A stretch of DNA of 34,623 bases from Candidatus Geohabitans tengchongensis (GTDB lineage Bacteria > Sysuimicrobiota > Sysuimicrobiia > Sysuimicrobiales > Humicultoraceae): contig JAVKIH010000002.1 of assembly GCA_031459625.1 (NCBI GenBank), positions 1 through 34,623 of the forward strand, read 5' to 3'. Of this stretch, positions 1-13,946 are shown one piece after another (the stretch's first letter is position 1; every line of letters begins with the position of its first letter). A program made the translations under genes and the position numbers. Below the pieces are notes generated by a model. It made no database searches. It was not told the DNA's origin and saw only the letters and a program-made list of their open reading frames with translations.

Positions 1-201
1 ACTACTGGAAAACCAGCGACCAGAAGCAGCGCTGGCTGGCGACCGCGCTCCTGGATATTGAGCCTCGACTGCGTCGGATGCGCGGGTATCGGGCGCTACC
101 GAAACTCCGGCGAGCCCTACAGCGAGCCATGGGGAGGGAGGTGACAGCGGCGTGATCATGCCGGCGCCTTCCCGAATCTCAACGAACTTTGGCATTGACT
201 C
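1..201 (+). mobile_element. Right end of an IS256-family insertion sequence (partial)
   Basis: Transposase C-terminus is followed by the terminal sequence ...AATCTCAACGAACTTTGGCATTGACTC ending at 201. The DsrE-like ORF on the opposite strand loses its recognisable sequence exactly at this point. Confidence 0.8.
3..155 (+). CDS. IS256-family transposase, C-terminal part (runs off the window)
   Basis: Manual translation YWKTSDQKQRWLATALLDIEPRLRRMRGYRALPKLRRAL..., typical of IS256/mutator transposase C-termini; TGA at 153-155. Confidence 0.8.
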   Translation, partial: YWKTSDQKQRWLATALLDIEPRLRRMRGYRALPKLRRALQRAMGREVTAA

Positions 202-334
202 GAACCGCGTCTCCGGCAAGGAAAAGCGAGACAGAATGTCCTTCTTCTATCGCTGCCTTCGCCACTAAGAAGGCGAGGGCTGCCCTGGTAGGATGCTCTG
301 GGCCGTGCGTGAGGTGAACCAGGATCCCAGCCAT
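202..334 (-). pseudogene. DsrE/DsrF-family protein, N-terminal 44 codons, interrupted by the IS (third integron cassette)
   Basis: GGAGG RBS, then ATG at 334 giving MAGILVHLTHGPEHPTRAALAFLVAKAAIEEGHSVSLFLAGDAV, a DsrE-like pattern (..LFLAGDAV). Not in the ORF track. Confidence 0.75.
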
Positions 335-454
335 TCGAATCCTCCCAATTCAATAGATTTTGAGAGTGGGGGGAACAACCTGCCCCACCGTTCCGCCGTG
401 ATCCAATGCACATCTCGTCGTGCCTTTCGTAGTCCTCGCAAGGATCCGCCCGCC

Positions 455-547
455 GCCTAACGACCTGCGCTTGAGCGGCCGGCGGCCACCGGCAGTCGCA
501 CGAGGTAGGCTAACCGCCGGCCGGTCCGCTCCAAGCGCTGGTTAGAC
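455..547 (-). other. attC recombination site of the GNAT cassette (93 bp)
   Basis: Minus strand: R'' GTCTAAC, 5 nt, L'' CTTGGAGC ... L' GCTCAAG ... R' GTTAGGC. Imperfect hairpin with an extrahelical base, just after the GNAT stop. Confidence 0.9.
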
Positions 548-557
548 CGCAATCCTC

Positions 558-980
558 TCATAGTTTGAGCCTGAAGTGATAAGAAGAGATGACCATGCCG
601 TTCGCAAGGTAGAACCGATGAGCATCGGAGCGTTGGACTGCAGAGTCGAGTTCCAGCGTGCGGCAACCGTGCTCTCTCGCGCGCTGGACGAGCCAAGCAA
701 GGAGAGCTTTGCCATAACCCCGAGACCGGCAGGCTGCATCGGTCACGAGATCGTCTACGTATAGGATCCGACCATTGGCAAGATTCTCGATCAATCGATA
801 GCCTGCGACCGAGCGTACCTGACCTCGCTCCTCGAGGTACACGAGTCGGTATCCATTGATCTGTTGCCGCCGCACCGTCGGGACGAACTCGCCTTCGATG
901 AGATGAGTGCGAAGCTGCTGCATGACCGCGAAGCACCGTGCAATTTCGTCGTCGGATTCCGCGATGCGGATCGAGTTCAT
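558..980 (-). CDS. GNAT family N-acetyltransferase (integron cassette)
   Basis: Acetyl-CoA motif LYVDDLVT..RSRGYGKALL and AHRFY; flanked by attC sites. Confidence 0.9.
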   Translation of the reverse strand: MNSIRIAESDDEIARCFAVMQQLRTHLIEGEFVPTVRRQQINGYRLVYLEERGQVRSVAGYRLIENLANGRILYVDDLVTDAACRSRGYGKALLAWLVQRAREHGCRTLELDSAVQRSDAHRFYLANGMVISSYHFRLKL

Positions 981-1011
981 GTCGGCGATATCCTGTCTCG
1001 CTCTCGTTGCG

Positions 1012-1099
1012 GTCTAACATTCGCCATATCTGGCAGCGCATAGCGAGCGCGACGAAGGGGCGCCGCTTTTCACTGTCCGGGTTGATGGCGCTGTTAAGC
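1012..1099 (-). other. attC recombination site of the DUF3052 cassette (88 bp, right arm partly degenerate)
   Basis: Minus strand GCTTAAC (contains the TAA stop of the upstream gene), AGCGC, CATCAAC ... GATATGGCGAAT, GTTAGAC. Confidence 0.8.
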
Positions 1100-1504
1100 T
1101 GTTCTTTCATTCTTACGAATGACGAGTTTCAGCCCCGACCAGACATCGCTGACAGCACATACTTTGACGTCGACGAAGCCGAGTGACAACGCAATTTCTC
1201 GGATAATGTCTTCGGTGATGTCAGTTTCGACCTTTGATGCTTTCTTTGGCCACGACACCCACACAGAGCCGTTTGGCTCAAGTTGCTTTCGAAATGCGAC
1301 AAGCCTCTTCTTCAGATCTTGCCTCTTGGTGACAAACACGTGTGCCGCCTGAATCGGTTTGCTCGTTTTGGAAATGATGCGCATCCCTTCGGGCAATGCA
1401 CCCAGCCAGCCAACGTAGTCCCGTGGTGGGTCAACCGCGAGAAGCGACAACGGAGCTTTGAACCCGAGCTTCTTCATTAGTGGCGTTCCTGAATAGCCAG
1501 CCAT
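1094..1504 (-). CDS. DUF3052-like protein (integron cassette)
   Basis: MAGYSGTPLxKKLG N-terminus and WVSWPKKASKV...GFVDVKVCAV..WSGLKLV, characteristic of this family. Confidence 0.8.
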   Translation of the reverse strand: MAGYSGTPLMKKLGFKAPLSLLAVDPPRDYVGWLGALPEGMRIISKTSKPIQAAHVFVTKRQDLKKRLVAFRKQLEPNGSVWVSWPKKASKVETDITEDIIREIALSLGFVDVKVCAVSDVWSGLKLVIRKNERTA

Positions 1505-1605
1505 TGGGTCACGCCCTCAAGTTGGTGATCTTTCCAAGCCGGCATGGTTCTCATTATTGGCACACGTACGCGCTTCGGCATCGGCGCGTGGGATTGTTGG
1601 CTCTT

Positions 1606-1665
1606 CCTTAACGAGACCCGCCCGCGAGCAGCTGCCGCCCTCCGTGATCGGCAGACCTGCCTAAC
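1606..1665 (-). other. Candidate attI region (first-cassette boundary GTTAAGG at 1612-1606; second core GTTAGGC at 1665-1659)
   Basis: GTTAAG at 1612 complements the R'' CTTAAC of the first cassette's attC. No full attC hairpin is evident upstream. Confidence 0.45.
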
Positions 1666-1719
1666 CCGTCCTGCCCCGACCTGTGGCGACCGCCGGCGTG
1701 TCAGCTGTCCTTGGCGCCC

Positions 1720-1748
1720 ATTATCGCGCGCGGGCGTTGCCTCTACAA
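1720..1748 (-). promoter_or_regulatory. Candidate cassette promoter (Pc-like)
   Basis: TTGTAG (1748-1743), 17 nt, GATAAT (1725-1720), pointing into the cassette array. Confidence 0.45.
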
Positions 1749-1799
1749 TCCTGGAGGGGTCTCTGCCAGCCGTGACCAGCCGGGACCTGGCCACTTCCC

Positions 1800-2185
1800 C
1801 TACAGCCCGACCAACCGATCGGCCGGGCTGCGAACCGCCCCGGGGCCGCGGTTCAGCACGTGGGTGTAGATCCTGGTCGTGCTCATGTCGCGGTGGCCGA
1901 GCAGTTCCTGGATCGTAGGGATGTCGTGTCCGTCCTGCAGCAGGTGGGTGGCAAACGAGGGGCGGAGGGTGTGGCAGGTCGCGCCCCTGGCAATCCCGGC
2001 GTGCCGCACGGCCCCCCGGAGCGCTCGCTGGAGCACGCTCTCGTGCAGATGGTGACGGCGCCGCTGCGTCACCGGTCCGCGTAGAGCCGGGCGCCCGAGG
2101 TCGGACCAGATCGGCTTTGATGGCGGCAGGCAGCACCGTCACGGAGACCCTTGCCGCCCTTGCCGGCCCGGCACGACGATCCGCA
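1800..2185 (-). pseudogene. intI: Integron integrase remnant (5'-truncated, frameshifted, internally deleted)
   Basis: C-terminal [51 protein letters not shown]. Upstream, in broken frames, ARLYADR and IVV(R)[20 protein letters not shown] (about 2100-2180). Confidence 0.88.
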
Positions 2186-2237
2186 TCGGTGATCCGCCGC
2201 GGGGCCCGGGCCGCGGCTCGTCCGGCCACCCGTCCAG

Positions 2238-4124
2238 CTAGGGCTGGCCGACCACCTCGTCCTTGTAGCGGCGGTCCGGGTGGGCCTGCAGGTAGGCGTG
2301 CACGCGCTCGGCCAGCTTCGGCCCCAGGACCTCGGCCAGCACCTCCACCCCCACCTGGCGGATCTGCCGCACCGAGCCGAAGCGCCGGATCAGTTCCCGC
2401 TTGCGCTTCTCCCCGATGCCCGGGATGTCGTCCAGGACGGAGAAGACGATGCGCCGCTGGCGCAGCTGCTGGTGGTAGGCGTTGGCGAAGCGGTGGGCCT
2501 CGTCGCGGATGCGCTGGAGGAGCTGCAGGGCCGCCGAGTCCTTCGGCAGGACGAGCGGCTCGGGACGGTCCGGGGTGAAGATCACCTCGGTCTGCTTGGC
2601 CAGGCCGATCGCCGGGATCGCCTGGTTGTACTCGAAGAGCACCTCGCGCGCGGCGCTGAGCTGGCCCCGCCCGCCGTCGATGAGGAGGAGGTCGGGCAGG
2701 ACCGACCACTTGGGCCGCACCGGCTCGTCGCGATCGAGGGCTTCCTGCTCGCGCCGGGCCTGGGCGAAGCGGCGGCGCAGCGTCTCCTGGAGCATGGCGT
2801 AGTCGTTGGGGCCCTCCGTCCACTTCATGCGGAAGCGCCGGTAGTCGCTCTTCCTGGGCCGGCCGCCCTCGAAGACGACGAGCGACCCCACCGCCTCGCC
2901 CGCCTGGAAGTTGCTCACGTCGTAGGCCTCGATGCGGAAGGGGAGGGCCTCCAGCCCCAGGACCTCCTGCAGCTCCCGCAGCGGCACGCCCTCCGGGCCG
3001 ACGGTGCGGGCCCGCTCCTGGCGCAGGTGCAGGGCGGCGTTCTCGGTGGCCAGCTCCACCAGGCGCCGCCGGTCGCCCCGCTGGGGGACCTCCAGCGCCA
3101 CCGGGCCGCCACGGCGCTGCGCCAGCCAGGCCTCCATGACCTCGTGGTCCTCCAGCCGCTCCGGCAGCAGGATCTCCCGGGGCACGGCCGGCGCGTCCTG
3201 GTAGAACTGCCCGAGGAACTGCGCCAGGATCTGCGGTCGCTCCAGCGCCTGGGTCCCCTCCAGCAGGACGTGCTGCTGCCCCTGGACCCGCCCGGCGCGG
3301 ATGAAGAAGAGCTGGACACAGGCCGCGTCGCCGCTGCGGGCCAGGCCGATGACGTCGCGGTCCTCCAGCCCCGTGCTGGCGATGCGCTGGCGCTCGTAGA
3401 TCGCCTCCATGGCCTCGATCTGGTCGCGCAGCTGGGCGGCGCGCTCGAACTCCAGCCGGTCGGCGGCGGCCTGCATCTCGGCCCGCAGCTCCTCCAGCAG
3501 TCCGGCCTGCCGGCCTTCGAGGAAGAGGGCGGCCTGCCGCACCTGCTCGGCGTACTGCTCCCGCGTGGCCCCCCAGGCCACACAGGGGGCGCTGCACAGC
3601 CCCAGGTCGTAGTCCAGGCAGGGCCGGGGGAGGTCGCCGGTGATCTCGATGTGGCAGGTGCGCAGCTTGAAGAGCCGGCGGATCGTCCGGATGGTGCGGC
3701 CGACCAGTTTGGGCTCGTGGTAGGGGTAGGGGCCGAAGTACCGGCTGCCGTCCCGGCGCACCCGGCGGGTCATGACGATCCTCGGGAAGGGCTCGTTGGT
3801 GAGCTGGATGTAGGGGTAGGCCTTGTCGTCGGCCATCCGCACGTTGTAGAAGGGCCGGTGCTGTTTGATCAGGTTGGCCTCGAGGATGAGGGCCTCCACC
3901 TCGTTCTGGGTGGCCACGACCTCCACGTCGGCGATCTTGCCGGTCAGGTGGCGGATCCGCGGGCTCTCCAGGTAGGCGCTGTCCTGGAAGTACTGCCGCA
4001 CCCGGCTGCGCAGCGAGGCGGCCTTGCCGACGTAGATCACCCGTCCCTGGGCGTCCTTCATGAGGTAGACGCCGGGCTGGGCGGGGAGGGTCCTGAGCTT
4101 CTCCTCTAGCGCCGGACTGGCCAT
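2238..4124 (-). CDS. uvrC: Excinuclease ABC subunit C
   Basis: GIY-YIG-like GVYLM..VIYVGKA, Cys cluster, UVR domain (EFERAAQLRD), RNase H-like DLLLIDGG and HhH (IPGIGEKR). Homology starts at ATG 4124 (MASPALEEKL). Confidence 0.97.
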   Translation of the reverse strand: MASPALEEKLRTLPAQPGVYLMKDAQGRVIYVGKAASLRSRVRQYFQDSAYLESPRIRHLTGKIADVEVVATQNEVEALILEANLIKQHRPFYNVRMADDKAYPYIQLTNEPFPRIVMTRRVRRDGSRYFGPYPYHEPKLVGRTIRTIRRLFKLRTCHIEITGDLPRPCLDYDLGLCSAPCVAWGATREQYAEQVRQAALFLEGRQAGLLEELRAEMQAAADRLEFERAAQLRDQIEAMEAIYERQRIASTGLEDRDVIGLARSGDAACVQLFFIRAGRVQGQQHVLLEGTQALERPQILAQFLGQFYQDAPAVPREILLPERLEDHEVMEAWLAQRRGGPVALEVPQRGDRRRLVELATENAALHLRQERARTVGPEGVPLRELQEVLGLEALPFRIEAYDVSNFQAGEAVGSLVVFEGGRPRKSDYRRFRMKWTEGPNDYAMLQETLRRRFAQARREQEALDRDEPVRPKWSVLPDLLLIDGGRGQLSAAREVLFEYNQAIPAIGLAKQTEVIFTPDRPEPLVLPKDSAALQLLQRIRDEAHRFANAYHQQLRQRRIVFSVLDDIPGIGEKRKRELIRRFGSVRQIRQVGVEVLAEVLGPKLAERVHAYLQAHPDRRYKDEVVGQP

Positions 4125-4175
4125 GACGAAAAAGCGGGCGTCCCCACGCCGCTCGCGGGTCGGCCACGCACCTCC

Positions 4176-4184
4176 ATGATAGCA
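4176..4184 (-). promoter_or_regulatory. Extended -10 promoter candidate for uvrC
   Basis: TGcTATCAT about 50 nt upstream of the uvrC ATG. Confidence 0.45.
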
Positions 4185-4215
4185 CTGGGCGCGGTGGTAC
4201 CCCCGCCGCCGCCCC

Positions 4216-4484
4216 GATTTGGCGGCGCTCCCCCGCTGAGAGCCGCCCAGCGCACTCGGCCTCTTCGGCGATCCGGGCCACCTGCTCCACGGGGAGCGGG
4301 CAAATCCCCCCAGGATGTCCATGAAGAACGCCGCGGCTCGCTCCCGGTACGTGTGCTCCAGGTCCCGCCCGTACAGGGCGTCCAGGCGGACCTCGACGCG
4401 GTCGACGCGGCGCGTCAGCAGCGCGACGGCCTCCGCCAGCGACGCCAGGGCCGCTTCGAGTCGATCCACCCGCCCTTCGAGCAC
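4216..4484 (-). pseudogene. Fragment of a coiled-coil hypothetical protein, frameshifted and truncated
   Basis: Heptad-like LEGRVDRLEAALASLAE..GRDLEHTYRERAAAFF continues in another frame as VEQVARIAEEAE.AGRLSAGERRQI. Confidence 0.5.
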
Positions 4485-4574
4485 GGGTCTATCTTAGCCC
4501 GGCCGGGCTCCCGAGGGCGGGCTCACCCGAACCGGTCGCCCGCAAAGGCGTCGCGGAGGAGCCGGCTCACCCCG

Positions 4575-4703
4575 GACCTCGGTGGCGTCTGCATCGTAGG
4601 CGTTGTTCACCAGCTCCCGCACCAGCTCGAGGCTCTCGGCGTAGAGGCGCTCGCCGATGGTCACCAGGCGGCTCTTGTCGACCCGAACGGGGAGGGTCTC
4701 CAG
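4575..4703 (-). pseudogene. GHKL (HATPase_c-like) ATP-binding protein, N-terminal fragment
   Basis: LPVRVDKSRLVTIGERLYAESLELVRELVNNAYDADATEV contains the GHKL N-box (ELVxNAxDA); similarity ends immediately after. Confidence 0.7.
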
Positions 4704-4704
4704 G

Positions 4705-4824
4705 CGCGTCCCGGATGAAGTCGTCCGGAGCGAGACCACTGTAGGCACGCAGATGGGTGAGCTCGCCCGGGATGTCGGCCGCCCGGGCACGGATCAGGTC
4801 CAGGTTGAGGGCGAAGCGTGCCAT
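4705..4824 (-). pseudogene. Possible HepT/DUF86-like N-terminal fragment
   Basis: LNLDLIRARAADIPGELTHLRAYSGLAPDDFIRD resembles DUF86 N-termini; no catalytic RxxxxH region is present. Confidence 0.4.
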
Positions 4825-4891
4825 CCCCAGGATTACAGGAGGCGTGGCCAGGCTCCGCTGACGGCGCAGAGGATGGGCAACTGGAGGTCCC

Positions 4892-6052
4892 CTAAGACGA
4901 CGAGGCTATGGACGACGAGCCCGGCAGCGCCTCCAGCAGCGCCCCCAGGCGGGCCAGCCCCTGGCGCAGGTGGGCCGGGTCGCCCCCGTAGCCGACGCGC
5001 ACGTGGCCCTCCAGGTCGAAGTGCGCGCCGGGCACCACGAGCACGTCCTGCTCCACGCGCAGGCGTTCCGCCAGCTCGAGCGACGGGATGGGAGCGTGGT
5101 ACCGCAGCAGGGCGATGGCGCCCGCCCGCGGCGGCGTCCAGCTGAGGCGGCCTCCCAGCCCTGCCACCCAGTCGGCCAGCAGGGCCAGGTTCTCGCGCAG
5201 GATCGTCCGGGTGCGCTCCAGGATCCGGGGGGCCGCCGGCGGGGTGAGCGCCACCGTGGCTGCGCGGTCGCTCAGCAACGCCGGCCCGATCGTCGTGTAG
5301 TCGTGGAGGGCGCAGAGCGCTTCGGCCACCTGCGGCGGCGCCACGGCCCAGCCGATGCGCAGCCCGGGCAGCCCGAAGGCCTTGGAGAGGCCGCCGGTGA
5401 CGATGACCCGCTCGCTGCGCCCCCACGCGCTGGGAGCCGGCCGGCCGTCCAGCTCGGCCCCCCGGTAGACCTCGTCGGCGAGGATCCACGCACCGACCCG
5501 CTCGGCCGCGGCCACGACCGCCGCCACCTCGTCGTCCGTGAGCACCGCCCCCGTGGGGTTGTTCGGCTGGCAGAGGACCACCGCGCGTGTGCGGGGCCCC
5601 ACCAAGCGCTCCAGCGCCTCCAGGTCGGGGCGCCACCCGGCCGCCTCGTGCAGCCACCAGGGGCGGACGGTCATCCCGAACGCGCGGAAGAGGCCGGGGA
5701 GCTGCATGTAGGTCGGGAACTGCACGACCACCTCGTCGCCGGGCGCGGCCAGCCACCAGGCGGCCAGGACGTTGGCCTCCGCGGTGCCCGTCGTGATCAC
5801 GACGTGGTCGCGGGTGGCGCCGGGGTGCCGCGCCGCCACCGCGTCCCGCAGGGCCGGGCTGCCGCGCGTGTAGCCGTACCCCAGCGGCTCGGCCCCCAGC
5901 GCCCCGAGCCACCCCGCCCCGCCGTCCAGCTCCCCCAGCCGCGCCAGGTCGGTCAGGGCCAGCGGCCGGACGCCGCTCTCGGCGAGGTTGCACGCCACCG
6001 CCGTCTCGTGGGTGGACTGCCACCGCTCCATGGCGAAGGGGGCGGGGCGCAC
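4892..6052 (-). CDS. PLP-dependent aminotransferase class I/II
   Basis: PNNPTG, DEVY and GLSKAFGLPGLRIGW (PLP lysine) motifs. Confidence 0.93.
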   Translation of the reverse strand: MRPAPFAMERWQSTHETAVACNLAESGVRPLALTDLARLGELDGGAGWLGALGAEPLGYGYTRGSPALRDAVAARHPGATRDHVVITTGTAEANVLAAWWLAAPGDEVVVQFPTYMQLPGLFRAFGMTVRPWWLHEAAGWRPDLEALERLVGPRTRAVVLCQPNNPTGAVLTDDEVAAVVAAAERVGAWILADEVYRGAELDGRPAPSAWGRSERVIVTGGLSKAFGLPGLRIGWAVAPPQVAEALCALHDYTTIGPALLSDRAATVALTPPAAPRILERTRTILRENLALLADWVAGLGGRLSWTPPRAGAIALLRYHAPIPSLELAERLRVEQDVLVVPGAHFDLEGHVRVGYGGDPAHLRQGLARLGALLEALPGSSSIASSS

Positions 6053-6054
6053 GC

Positions 6055-9027
<2,973 letters not shown>

Positions 9028-9095
9028 AGGCTCAGGCCGTCGGCAGCTTCCCCGTCTCCTCCTCCGAAAACCAGCCGGAGGACCTCGTCGCCCTC

Positions 9096-12863
<3,768 letters not shown>

Positions 12864-12969
12864 CGTCCCCTCCTCGCCCGGCGCGATCTGCCGGCCGCCG
12901 CGGCCGTCACCCGGTGGGCGGGCGCGCCGACCGCAGGGCAGCAGCGGCCCGACCGCAGGGCATAAGAAA

Positions 12970-12978
12970 AGTCTACCA
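12970..12978 (-). promoter_or_regulatory. Extended -10 candidate for the uvrB-uvrA operon
   Basis: TGgTAGACT followed by an AT-rich patch, about 105 nt upstream of the uvrB start. Confidence 0.45.
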
Positions 12979-13174
12979 TCGGGTCGCGCGGCGGAGCCAC
13001 GGGTTTGGTGCGGGGCCCGGCTGGAGCCGGTCCGGGCGGTCCGGGTGACGGGTCCTGGTAGGGAATCGGGGCTCAGAGGGCGAAGAAGCAAGGGCCTGGG
13101 GGCTTGGGAACCGCACGGCCCGCTTTCTGGGCAATCTACCGGAGGACACCAGTCCGGAAAGGAAGGATCGCGCA

Positions 13175-13378
13175 ATGCCGAGGGGAACGGTCAAGTGGTT
13201 CAACGCCGAGAAGGGGTATGGCTTCATCACCCCTGATGAAGGCGGGAAGGACGTTTTCGTGCACCACACGGCCATTCTGATGGAGGGCTACCGCAGCCTG
13301 AACGAGGGTCAGAAGGTCGAGTACGAGATCACCCAGGGCCAGAAGGGTCCCCAGGCCACGAACGTCCGGCCGCTCTAG
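13175..13378 (+). CDS. Cold-shock protein (CspA family)
   Basis: [15 protein letters not shown] and DVFVH RNP motifs; strong RBS. Confidence 0.97.
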   Translation: MPRGTVKWFNAEKGYGFITPDEGGKDVFVHHTAILMEGYRSLNEGQKVEYEITQGQKGPQATNVRPL

Positions 13379-13490
13379 GCGGTCAGGGCCCGGCCGCACC
13401 AGGCGGCCAGGGCTTCGCTGCGACCCAGCCGGCTGGCCCCGCCGGCCGTCCACCGGCGGGAGGGACCGAGCGACAGGTAACGAGCACGTC

Positions 13491-13516
13491 GATGGGCGGG
13501 CACGAGCCCGCCCATC
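13491..13516. terminator. Perfect hairpin between convergent genes; possible terminator
   Basis: GATGGGCGGGC-ACGA-GCCCGCCCATC (11-bp stem); no clear U-tract. Confidence 0.5.
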
Positions 13517-13607
13517 CGGCTGTTCCCGCTGCCGACGCCGCGCACCACCGGCACGCCCCGGGGCGGTGGCGCGGGCCTCCCGCCCTACCCGGTCCGGACC
13601 TCCCGCC

Positions 13608-13927
13608 CTACCCCTGGATGACCTGCACCTCCGTGGCCTCGGAAGCGGTACCCGCGGGGTCCACGGCCCGGGCGACGATGGTCAGCCGGGCGCCGCGGAT
13701 GCGGACGGTGGGCTGGATGGTCACCTGCCAGCGGCCGGCGGCGTCGGCCGTCGTGGTGACCTCGCGTAGCTCCCGCGCATCGCCACCAGCAGCACCTGCG
13801 CGCTGTAGTCGATCCGCACGACCACCTGGTAGCCGGGCAACGTCCGTCCGCGCACCACGATCGGCGCCCCCACCGTGCTCCCCGCCGACGGGGCGAGGAT
13901 GGCCGGCGGCGGGACCTCACCGGCCAC
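13608..13927 (-). pseudogene. Ig-like beta-sandwich domain fragment with a 1-nt deletion
   Basis: PPPAILAPSAGSTVGAPIVVRGRTLPG..GSY[shift]EVTTTADAAGRWQVTI..LTIVARAVDPAG..EVQVIQG*. Frame break at about 13764. Confidence 0.6.
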
Positions 13928-13946
13928 CAGCGCTGGACGACGGGGG

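Noticed and set aside
156..413. 85-aa minus-strand ORF from the track
   Set aside because: Wrong frame; the DsrE-like frame starting at 334 has an RBS and recognisable motifs.
457..1110. 217-aa ORF spanning both attC sites
   Set aside because: Alternative frame over the GNAT gene and attC hairpins, with no protein features.
1477..4290. 937-aa ORF and other long overlapping or antisense ORFs (for example 6190-9099, 22276-25881, 25484-30286)
   Set aside because: Shadow frames of high-GC genes; they are Arg/Pro/Gly/Ala-rich or mirror real genes.
12864..13174. LexA/SOS box upstream of uvrB, or a structured ncRNA
   Set aside because: No GAAC-N4-GTTC or CTGT-N8-ACAG site was recognised; the hairpins are not distinguishable from GC-rich background by eye.
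12864..13175. 104-aa N-terminal extension of UvrB in the track
   Set aside because: This is the divergent promoter/UTR region; the RBS and homology indicate GTG 12863.
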